A DNA stretch of 64,000 nt from positions 45,382 through 109,381 of the forward strand of contig CBFHRN010000002.1 of assembly GCA_965658275.1 (NCBI GenBank), written 5' to 3'. The stretch is from Croceimicrobium sp. Its GTDB lineage: Bacteria > Bacteroidota > Bacteroidia > Flavobacteriales > Schleiferiaceae. A program made the position numbers and the translations under genes. Shown one piece after another: positions 56,870 to 64,000 of this stretch; positions within the stretch are counted from its first letter, which is position 1; each line of letters begins with the position of its first letter. The notes beneath the pieces are model-generated. The model saw only the letters and a program-made list of their open reading frames with translations, was not told where the DNA came from and searched no databases.

Positions 56870-58312
56870 CTATTCACCACTAAAACGCTTCCTGAGTAAA
56901 TCTATTCCAGTTTGCCAAGCCAATAGTTTCCAAAAGAAGACCGAAAGAACAGACACAGAAGCAATCGATAGCATTTTAATCCACCATTCCCAATCCATAT
57001 ACGTATGAATAAAATAGGCCCCTAGCACAGCCTGTAGGCTGAAAGCGATAAAACGCCAGAAAAAATTAAAGCCCCAATGAATAGACGCCTGTTTAAAACT
57101 GTAAAAAGCCTGGGCTACTGCACTTAAACTTTGAGTAGAAAGGGTTGCAAATGCGGCTCCCTGCGCTCCATACTTAGGAATTAGAAATGCATTTAGGATA
57201 ATATTTAGCACAAATCCACCGAAAGCTATTCCGTTTAAAAGGGTTAAACTCCCCTTTGCCGTGAGCATAGTTCCAAATACATAAGTCGTCCCAAAAGCTA
57301 AAGAGGAGAAGATTAGCCATTTTAAAAGAATAGAGCTCTCCTCGCCGTGTTCAATATAAAGTGTGGTCATCAGGGCATCTGACTCGAAAAAAGCAGCCAA
57401 AGCAATGCTAAGGCTCATCACATAGATCATCACAAAAGCCAGCTTTGCTAAATCGCTCACCGATTCCTGTTTAGCAAACAAAGTAGCGAACATTGGCAGC
57501 AGAATTACCGAAAACAGATAGGCTGGCTGATTTAAAGCATCTAAAAGACGGAAAGCTTGCGCGTAAATCCCAGTTTCCTGCTCTCCTACAATCTGTTGTA
57601 ACATCACGCTGTCAACCCTTGTGTATAATGCCATCAAAAAGATAAGCAAAGCATAGGGCAAACTAGAGTTTAGGCGAGTTTTAAATTTGGTTAAACGAAA
57701 ATGGGGTTTGAAATAAGGAACCTTCCAAAGAATAAGGGCCGTAGCCAAAAGAGCTGAAAAACCAAAACTTACCGTTTGTAAAATGGCAAAGATTTCTATG
57801 GTTATCCCACCGGTGTAGAAGTAAAGAAAGTAACCCGCTAACAAAACCATTAAAGTTTTATCCAGGATACTAAAAAAGGCATCCCATTTAAAAAGGTGCA
57901 GGCCCGCTAAATGGGACCTTAAGAAGAAAAGAGCGGAACTAAATACTTGGGCTAGGCTTAACCAAATCAGAATATTGGAGGCCTGATCCCAGTACCCCAT
58001 AAAAACCCCTAGAACCAACGCTAGAACAAAATAGAATAAGCCCAAAGAAAGTTTGAGTAGAAAGAGCTCCGAGAAATGGCGCGCCAAGGTATTGGGGTCT
58101 TGAGCGATTTCTCGGTTGGAATAATGCGCTAAACCTAGGTCCAATATGATATTAAATATCATTACAAAACTGAGCATTGCGGCATACAAACCATAAGACT
58201 CGGCACCCACTTGGTTCTGAACTTCCAAGTCGATGCCAAAAATCCAAACTGGCTTTACCAGTAAATTCACAAATAAGAGCAGGGCCAAGCTGCCTACAAA
58301 TTTCTTTTGCAT
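56870..58312 (-). CDS. wzx: Wzx/MATE-like polysaccharide flippase
   Basis: NLLVKPVWIFGID, YGLY, LDLGL, LYTRVDSVML, TGIYAQAFRLLD; about 12-14 TMs. Confidence 0.85.
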   Translation of the reverse strand: MQKKFVGSLALLLFVNLLVKPVWIFGIDLEVQNQVGAESYGLYAAMLSFVMIFNIILDLGLAHYSNREIAQDPNTLARHFSELFLLKLSLGLFYFVLALVLGVFMGYWDQASNILIWLSLAQVFSSALFFLRSHLAGLHLFKWDAFFSILDKTLMVLLAGYFLYFYTGGITIEIFAILQTVSFGFSALLATALILWKVPYFKPHFRLTKFKTRLNSSLPYALLIFLMALYTRVDSVMLQQIVGEQETGIYAQAFRLLDALNQPAYLFSVILLPMFATLFAKQESVSDLAKLAFVMIYVMSLSIALAAFFESDALMTTLYIEHGEESSILLKWLIFSSLAFGTTYVFGTMLTAKGSLTLLNGIAFGGFVLNIILNAFLIPKYGAQGAAFATLSTQSLSAVAQAFYSFKQASIHWGFNFFWRFIAFSLQAVLGAYFIHTYMDWEWWIKMLSIASVSVLSVFFWKLLAWQTGIDLLRKRFSGE

Positions 58313-58327
58313 AGGATTTTCGCTAAG

Positions 58328-58360
58328 CGAAGGTAATGAATAAGAGAGGCTCTATCTTTG
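58328..58360. promoter_or_regulatory. Divergent -7 boxes: TACCTTCG (minus, 58328-58335, wzx) and TATCTTTG (plus, 58353-58360, GT4)
   Basis: Both read directly in the 52-bp divergent gap. Confidence 0.6.
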
Positions 58361-58364
58361 TAGC

Positions 58365-59483
58365 GTGAAGATAGCGATCAATACGCGATTTTTATTGTCT
58401 GGGAAGCTCGAAGGCATTGGTCAATTTACCGCTGAAATATTTAAGCGGCTGAGCCAACAACACCCTGAAGTAGAATGGGTTTTCCTTTTTGACCGCCCCT
58501 TTGATCCCGAATTTAAATTTGGTGAGAATGTGCGAATGGTATCATTATTCCCGCCTACCAGGCATGCTTTTCTGTGGCATATCTGGTTTCAGTACAGTCT
58601 CAAAAATTTCTTGAAAAAGGAAAAACCAGATTTATTCATTTCTCCCGACGGCTTCCTGCCACTAGGTTTAAAAATAAATAGCCTAGCCGTTATTCATGAT
58701 TTAAACTTCAGCCACCAACCTAAAAACCTTCCACCGATAGCCGGCAAATACATGAGGCATTTCTTCCCCAAGTATGCCAAAGAGGCCACTCGAATTGCCA
58801 CGGTATCGGAGTTTTGCAGGAAGGACATTGCTAAAACCTATGCGGTTTCCCAGGAAAAAATTGACTTGATATACAATGGTGTAAATCCCCAAATTAAGTC
58901 TCAGCCCGGCCTAGATAAAGGTTTGCTAAGAACAAAAACGAGCAAGGGAAAGCCTTATTTCATTTTTGTGGGTGCTTTAAATCCACGGAAAAACCTCGAA
59001 GGGATGCTCGCCGGCTATGAGCAATACCGAAGAGCTGGTGGCCAAGCGCATTTTATCCTTGTTGGGGAAGAAATGCTATTACGGCCAGAAATGAAAAAGG
59101 CCTTTACCAATAGTCCCTTTCAGAAGGACATTCACTTTACGGGACGGCTCTCCAACGAGGACTTAGCTGATTACATCAGTGGGGCTCAAGCATTATGTCT
59201 ATGCTCTCATTTTGAAGGCTTTGGCATCCCAATCCTGGAAGCATTCCAATGTAAAACCGCGCTCATTTGCGCCAATAATACAGCTATGCCTGAAATTGCT
59301 GGAGACGCTGCCTTATACTGCGATTCCTATGATCCTGCAACAATTGGAGCGGCCATGCTACGCAGTGAAGATGTCGAAACGCGGGAAAGCCTTATTACTT
59401 TAGGAACGGAAAGATTGACCAAGTTTTCATGGGATAAAAGCGCGGCGATGATGTGGGACAGTATTCAAAAGACCATCGCTTAA
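58365..59483 (+). CDS. Glycosyltransferase family 4 (GT-B)
   Basis: GTG start; [36 protein letters not shown]. Confidence 0.92.
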   Translation: MKIAINTRFLLSGKLEGIGQFTAEIFKRLSQQHPEVEWVFLFDRPFDPEFKFGENVRMVSLFPPTRHAFLWHIWFQYSLKNFLKKEKPDLFISPDGFLPLGLKINSLAVIHDLNFSHQPKNLPPIAGKYMRHFFPKYAKEATRIATVSEFCRKDIAKTYAVSQEKIDLIYNGVNPQIKSQPGLDKGLLRTKTSKGKPYFIFVGALNPRKNLEGMLAGYEQYRRAGGQAHFILVGEEMLLRPEMKKAFTNSPFQKDIHFTGRLSNEDLADYISGAQALCLCSHFEGFGIPILEAFQCKTALICANNTAMPEIAGDAALYCDSYDPATIGAAMLRSEDVETRESLITLGTERLTKFSWDKSAAMMWDSIQKTIA

Positions 59484-60094
59484 TGGCGCGCTTGCGAAAC
59501 TTTAAATTGAAAGGTAAAATCGAGGCTGGTTGTGATGAAGCAGGGCGTGGATGTTTGGCCGGTCCCGTTTATGCGGCGGCCGTAATTCTTCCTAAAAACT
59601 TTAAACATCCTCTTTTAGACGACTCCAAAAAACTTACCGAAAAACAAAGACTGGAGCTTCGTGTAGTTATCGAAAAAAAAGCAAGTGCCTGGGCGGTGGC
59701 CTCAGTAAGCCCTGCAGAGATAGACGAAATCAACATCCTAAAGGCAAGTTTTTTGGCCATGCACCGGGCGATTGACCAGCTCAAAATCCGACCTCAACAC
59801 TTGTTGATTGACGGGAACCGTTTTACGCCTTATACCGGTATCGAGCACAGCTGTGAAATTAAGGGCGATGGCCGCTTTAAAAATATTGCGGCAGCTTCGA
59901 TTTTGGCTAAAACCTACCGTGACGATTACATGGCAAAAATTGCTCAAGAGCATCCAGAATACAATTGGCATCAAAACAAGGGTTACCCGACCAAAGCGCA
60001 CCGAGAAGCTATTAAGAAGTACGGAGCGAGCGTCTATCACCGGAAAAGCTTTCGGCTACTTCCCGAACAATTATGTCTACCTTTCGACAAATAA
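59483..60094 (+). CDS. rnhB: Ribonuclease HII
   Basis: [47 protein letters not shown]. Start at ATG 59483 (TAATG overlap with GT4). Confidence 0.96.
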   Translation: MARLRNFKLKGKIEAGCDEAGRGCLAGPVYAAAVILPKNFKHPLLDDSKKLTEKQRLELRVVIEKKASAWAVASVSPAEIDEINILKASFLAMHRAIDQLKIRPQHLLIDGNRFTPYTGIEHSCEIKGDGRFKNIAAASILAKTYRDDYMAKIAQEHPEYNWHQNKGYPTKAHREAIKKYGASVYHRKSFRLLPEQLCLPFDK

Positions 60095-60122
60095 TCTTCC
60101 TACTTTTGTTCAAACTCTACTC

Positions 60123-62741
60123 ATGAAACTCAAGCTCGGAATTTCTTTCGGACTACTCTTGTTTATTGTAAGCTGCAAGGAGGCTGCCAAACCGTCCTTA
60201 AGTCTCGAAAAGGCCATCCCTTCCAATACGGTTTGGATGATGGAGGTAAATGACTGGGAAGAGCTATCAGCCAAAAAAGACTTATCGCGCCCTTACCAGC
60301 AAATCAGCCAACTCGATTTAATTCAAGATTTTGAGAATCATTTAACCGCTATCCAAGAGGGATTAGAGGCGGAAAGCACTAAGACTTTCCTACAACAGAG
60401 TGAATTGTTCTTGGTGAATATGATTAGCGGAGCAGAACGATACAACTGGCTTTTGCTAGCCAAAACTCCGAGCGAAATTGGAGCACGATTAAAGTCAAGT
60501 TTAGAAGCCCGATCTGGGATTGAAAAACAAGAGTATTCAAATGAAGCTATTTACTACCTGCCACTAAATCAGGAGCAAAATCTCTACTTCTATCAAAAAG
60601 ATGAATTGATTTTGGTAAGCGGAACACGTCTTTGCTTAGAGTCCTCCTTGCGCCAAATGCAGAGTGACAATAGCATGCAAGAGCTCAAAGAGCTGAGTCA
60701 AATTCGGCAAACACGCAATCAAGATGCTCCAGCCAACCTCTACTTAAATTTAGCTAAAGCTGATGACTATCTCAACAGCTTTTTAATCCAAAACCAAATG
60801 GGTTTTTTAGAAGAACATGGCAATTGGCTTAGCCTCGACCTAGACGCCGAAGGCCAGGACATCATTGCTACGGGACTGCTAAACCATCCATCTAGTCAAG
60901 CGTATTACCCTTCTGTTTTTAAGGACTTAAAAGCCGACAATATCGAGGCGCAGTCTATCATTCCGCAGAACATTGCACAATGGACCCATTTAAGTATTGG
61001 CGGCATTGGTCAGTATCAAAGAGCTTTTGAAAGCTACTTGGAACAAAAAGGAAGTATCAATCAATATGAAAATTTAATCGACAAGCTGCCCGAAGGCATT
61101 AAGGAAGACTTGCAAGGCATTATTGATAATGAAATTGGCACTTTTGAAGCCGGCCGTAACAATGAACGTAGTTTTCATTTTGCCTATTTCAACTTCAGAG
61201 ATCTGGAGCTTTGCCAGCAAAGTCTAGAAATCTACTCAGACAGCAGTTTCATCGAGGGCTACCGAGGGCATATCATCCGAAAATTAAAAGCTCAGAATGT
61301 ACTTGCTCGTTTATACGGAGACTTGTTTACCAACATACACCACCCTTATTATTCCCTACAAGGAAACTACGTATTGCTTTGCGATGATATTGCTGCTCTT
61401 AAAGTGGCCCTGAATGACATCTTAGACAATAAAACTTTAGATCGATTGGATTCTTATCAGAGTCTACAAAATCAACTTCCTGGGAAAGCTCATATCCAAG
61501 TGGTTTATGGTTATCCCGAATGGATACCCAACCGAAAAGCAGATTTCGAAAAATCCCTGTCCGCAGAACTCAACCTCAAACAAGATAGCCTAAGCACCGT
61601 GCGTTGGGGTATATTTCAAGTTCGTGCAAATCATGACCGAAGCTTTGTTTCGGCTATGATTCGTGAAGAAAAGCCCATTCAAGAAAAAATTGTGCGCCAA
61701 TGGAGCACCCAAATTTCAGCAAGTCTGGAAGGAGAGCCCCAATTCCTTCGAAATCACAACACTAATAAGTTAGACATAGCCATTTGTGATGAAAACAACA
61801 CGCTTTACTTAATCTCCCGAAAGGGCGAAATTTATTGGCAAAAGTCCTTAGATGGGCCGATAATCGGGGAAATTAAGCAGTTGGACATCTATAAAAACAA
61901 CAAATTGCAAATGGCATTTAACACAGCCCATTCTTTGTATGTTTTGGACCGACTTGGACGAGATGTGGAAGGGTTTCCTGTGAAGTTGGAAGCCGAAGCA
62001 ACGGCACCAATGGGACTCTTTAATTATGATGCAGCGAGGAATTACCGCTTGGTTGTGCCCTGTGGCCCCAAGTTGTTCAATTACAATGTAGATGGTAAAG
62101 CCGTTAAAGGGTGGAACTTTAAAAAAGCAGAAGCGGATATTATTTCAGAACCTCAACACTTTAGTGTTGGAGGCAAGGATATTATTGTTTGCCTTTCAGC
62201 GGATGGAAAGCTTTTCCAATTAAATCGTCGTGGGGAAGAGCGCTTCCAAGTAGCTGAAAAAATTGAAGAGCTAAAAACCAGTTTCTACCTAAAGGAAGGT
62301 AAAAGCCTAAAAGAAAGTGAGCTAATAGCTGGAAGTAATTCTGGGAAAATGTATGTGATAAAGCCTGAGGGACAAGTGGATGCCATTTACCTAGATCAAG
62401 CCCACCCTGCCGACCACCTCATATTTTTTGAAGACCGTTATATTTTTAGTGATGATGAAGGGCTTTTTGTGAAGGATGACCGGAAACCTTTTAGCGCTAG
62501 CCTGGAGGACGATATAAGCAGTAAGCCAAAGGCTATGATTTTAAACAATCGTTTCTACGTCGCTGCCTTTTCCGCCAAAGCGGAAGAAATTAGACTCTTT
62601 AATGAAGATGGTGAGCTTGTTGATGGATTTCCAGTATTTGCACAAGGTCCCTTTGACATGGGATCTTTGAACCGAGATAAAAACCTCAACATTGTTACCT
62701 ATAGCAGCGATGGCACCTTAATTTGCTATCGTTTACGCTAG
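60123..62741 (+). CDS. Large lipoprotein, DUF3352-like N-domain with C-terminal beta-propeller-like repeats
   Basis: Start moved from 59808 to ATG 60123 (MKLKLGISFGLLLFIVSC, lipobox VSC); -7 box TACTTTTG at 60101-60108; repeats LDIYKNNKLQ...GFPV, GSLNRDK. Confidence 0.7.
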   Translation: MKLKLGISFGLLLFIVSCKEAAKPSLSLEKAIPSNTVWMMEVNDWEELSAKKDLSRPYQQISQLDLIQDFENHLTAIQEGLEAESTKTFLQQSELFLVNMISGAERYNWLLLAKTPSEIGARLKSSLEARSGIEKQEYSNEAIYYLPLNQEQNLYFYQKDELILVSGTRLCLESSLRQMQSDNSMQELKELSQIRQTRNQDAPANLYLNLAKADDYLNSFLIQNQMGFLEEHGNWLSLDLDAEGQDIIATGLLNHPSSQAYYPSVFKDLKADNIEAQSIIPQNIAQWTHLSIGGIGQYQRAFESYLEQKGSINQYENLIDKLPEGIKEDLQGIIDNEIGTFEAGRNNERSFHFAYFNFRDLELCQQSLEIYSDSSFIEGYRGHIIRKLKAQNVLARLYGDLFTNIHHPYYSLQGNYVLLCDDIAALKVALNDILDNKTLDRLDSYQSLQNQLPGKAHIQVVYGYPEWIPNRKADFEKSLSAELNLKQDSLSTVRWGIFQVRANHDRSFVSAMIREEKPIQEKIVRQWSTQISASLEGEPQFLRNHNTNKLDIAICDENNTLYLISRKGEIYWQKSLDGPIIGEIKQLDIYKNNKLQMAFNTAHSLYVLDRLGRDVEGFPVKLEAEATAPMGLFNYDAARNYRLVVPCGPKLFNYNVDGKAVKGWNFKKAEADIISEPQHFSVGGKDIIVCLSADGKLFQLNRRGEERFQVAEKIEELKTSFYLKEGKSLKESELIAGSNSGKMYVIKPEGQVDAIYLDQAHPADHLIFFEDRYIFSDDEGLFVKDDRKPFSASLEDDISSKPKAMILNNRFYVAAFSAKAEEIRLFNEDGELVDGFPVFAQGPFDMGSLNRDKNLNIVTYSSDGTLICYRLR

Positions 62742-63607
62742 CGTAAGCGCAACTTCGTTCCTGGTTTAACCTGCTGACCCGCATTTAAGTCGTTCTTCTT
62801 ATAGATTTTCTCAAGGCGGATGGCAAACTTTTGGGATATATCGTAAAGACTTTCACCTTCCCGAACCACATAAAACCGGTTTTCTCGATTAGCCCGGCGT
62901 CTTTTAGGCTGCAAGTAAATTATTTGCCCAGGCTCAAGGATTGCATCAAATCGCAATTCATTGTATTCCAAAAGATCCTCAACATGCTTATCGGTTAAAT
63001 TAGCTACAATCTCCCAAGTATCCCCTTCGCGGCTAATTACGTAATCTACGCGATTGGACGATTCACGGACGATTAACTGATCCAAGTCAAACAAGTCCTC
63101 TGGCCCAAGCTCCAAGTCGTACTGGTGAAGTTGGTATTTCTCAATTAAATCGATTAATAGACTAGCATATTTAGGATTAGTCGCATACCCCGCCTTTTTA
63201 AGACCCTTGGCCCAAGCTTTGTAATCGGTAGGGTCTTCTTCGAACAAAGAGGCGTATCGCCCGCGGTTCTTTAAGAATAGTGAATGATCGCGGAAGCTAT
63301 CTTCGGCTTGGTCATATTTCCGAAAGCACTCATTATCTTCATCGTCATCATGGTAGACGCGATCTCCTTTCCAATCTTCATGACATTTAATACCAAAGTG
63401 GTTTCTACTTTTCTGCGCCAATTCACTTTTCCCATTACCCGACTCAAGAATACCCTGAGCCAAAGTTATACTAGCAGGTATTCCGAATTCTTTCATTTCA
63501 GCAACCGCCACTTTATGCCATGCTTCGATGTACTCTAAGGTAGCTTCTTGAGCCTGCATGGAAATTGAAAACAGGCCTATTAAAGTGCTAAGGAAGATCT
63601 TGCTCAT
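62738..63607 (-). CDS. GH73 glucosaminidase with LysM domains (peptidoglycan hydrolase)
   Basis: IPASITLAQGILESGNG, NHFGIKCH, FRKY, GYATNPKYA; two LysM-like repeats. Start probably ATG 63607 (MSKIFL, signal peptide). Confidence 0.92.
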   Translation of the reverse strand: MSKIFLSTLIGLFSISMQAQEATLEYIEAWHKVAVAEMKEFGIPASITLAQGILESGNGKSELAQKSRNHFGIKCHEDWKGDRVYHDDDEDNECFRKYDQAEDSFRDHSLFLKNRGRYASLFEEDPTDYKAWAKGLKKAGYATNPKYASLLIDLIEKYQLHQYDLELGPEDLFDLDQLIVRESSNRVDYVISREGDTWEIVANLTDKHVEDLLEYNELRFDAILEPGQIIYLQPKRRRANRENRFYVVREGESLYDISQKFAIRLEKIYKKNDLNAGQQVKPGTKLRLR

Positions 63608-64000
63608 AATCAATTTGGGGCCAGCCTTTTTTTCGAAGTTTCTCATTCATTCCTGTGATTCCTTGTAAACCACCCGTATGCAAAACTAGAATCTTGCTCC
63701 CTGCCTCGTACCTTCCCAAATCAATATCTTTCAACAAGCCAAATAACATTTTAGAGGTATAGACAGGATCAAGTTTCAAATTATGTTGATGGAATACATC
63801 ATTCATAAACTCAACGAGTTCCGGCTTTATTTTAGCATAGCCCCCAAAATGATAGTCGTTTCTTAAAATCAAATGCCTTCGCAAATGATCATTCGGAAAT
63901 GACTTCAATCCATAATGCTGCGTATATTCCATTAATTGATTGGCGATACTCTTAAGCATAAAACCCTCCGACTTTAGAGCGGGGTAAACCACTACTTTTT
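63588..64000 (-). CDS. 3' part of an ACC deaminase / D-cysteine desulfhydrase family PLP enzyme; runs off the window end
   Basis: YHFGGYAK, LDPVYTSKM, LHTGGLQG; frame open to position 64000. Confidence 0.85.
   Translation of the reverse strand, partial: KVVVYPALKSEGFMLKSIANQLMEYTQHYGLKSFPNDHLRRHLILRNDYHFGGYAKIKPELVEFMNDVFHQHNLKLDPVYTSKMLFGLLKDIDLGRYEAGSKILVLHTGGLQGITGMNEKLRKKGWPQIDYEQDLP

Noticed and set aside
1214-63538. The many 60-213 aa ORFs in the track that overlap long genes (e.g. 7247-7639, 19724-20050, 41949-42590, 59738-60040)
   Set aside because: They lie antisense or out of frame within well-supported genes and have no recognisable motifs, so they are shadow ORFs.
1-64000. Search for tRNA/rRNA, CRISPR arrays, IS/integrases, prophage, toxin-antitoxin, retron/RT or restriction systems
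   Set aside because: None seen. Intergenic gaps are short, with no spaced direct repeats and no transposase, integrase or RT motifs.

Overview
Gene-dense core-chromosome segment of a Bacteroidota bacterium, most like Flavobacteriales. This rests on T9SS C-terminal domains, porX, the fused lpxC-fabZ, TAnnTTTG promoter boxes and the lack of Shine-Dalgarno sites. About 55 CDSs cover translation (prfB, tilS, tsaE, efp, DEAD helicase), central and amino-acid metabolism (lpdA, gcvP, pabB, purKE, aroAB, proline and alanine dehydrogenases, kynU-kmo, speA-speB-DHS-like), envelope (lipid A operon with two lpxD, wzx-wzz-wzy-like, GT4, MlaEF-like, DsbD, Omp85-like, GH73/LysM) and secreted T9SS cargo. I saw no rRNA, tRNA, CRISPR array or mobile element. 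Most notable: (1) an unannotated 45-aa lipoprotein gene at 24906-25043 with its own promoter box; (2) a stand-alone 60-aa acidic ORF at 54098-54280 with a promoter-like site, hairpin and terminator; (3) six genes whose -7 promoter box ends 4-5 nt before the start codon, predicting leaderless mRNAs; (4) prfB without its programmed frameshift; (5) a UbiA-like gene co-operonic with kynU-kmo; (6) a T9SS protein with strong codon bias suggesting high expression. I found no unambiguous new multi-gene system; these are candidates. All product calls come from motif recognition, not database searches.
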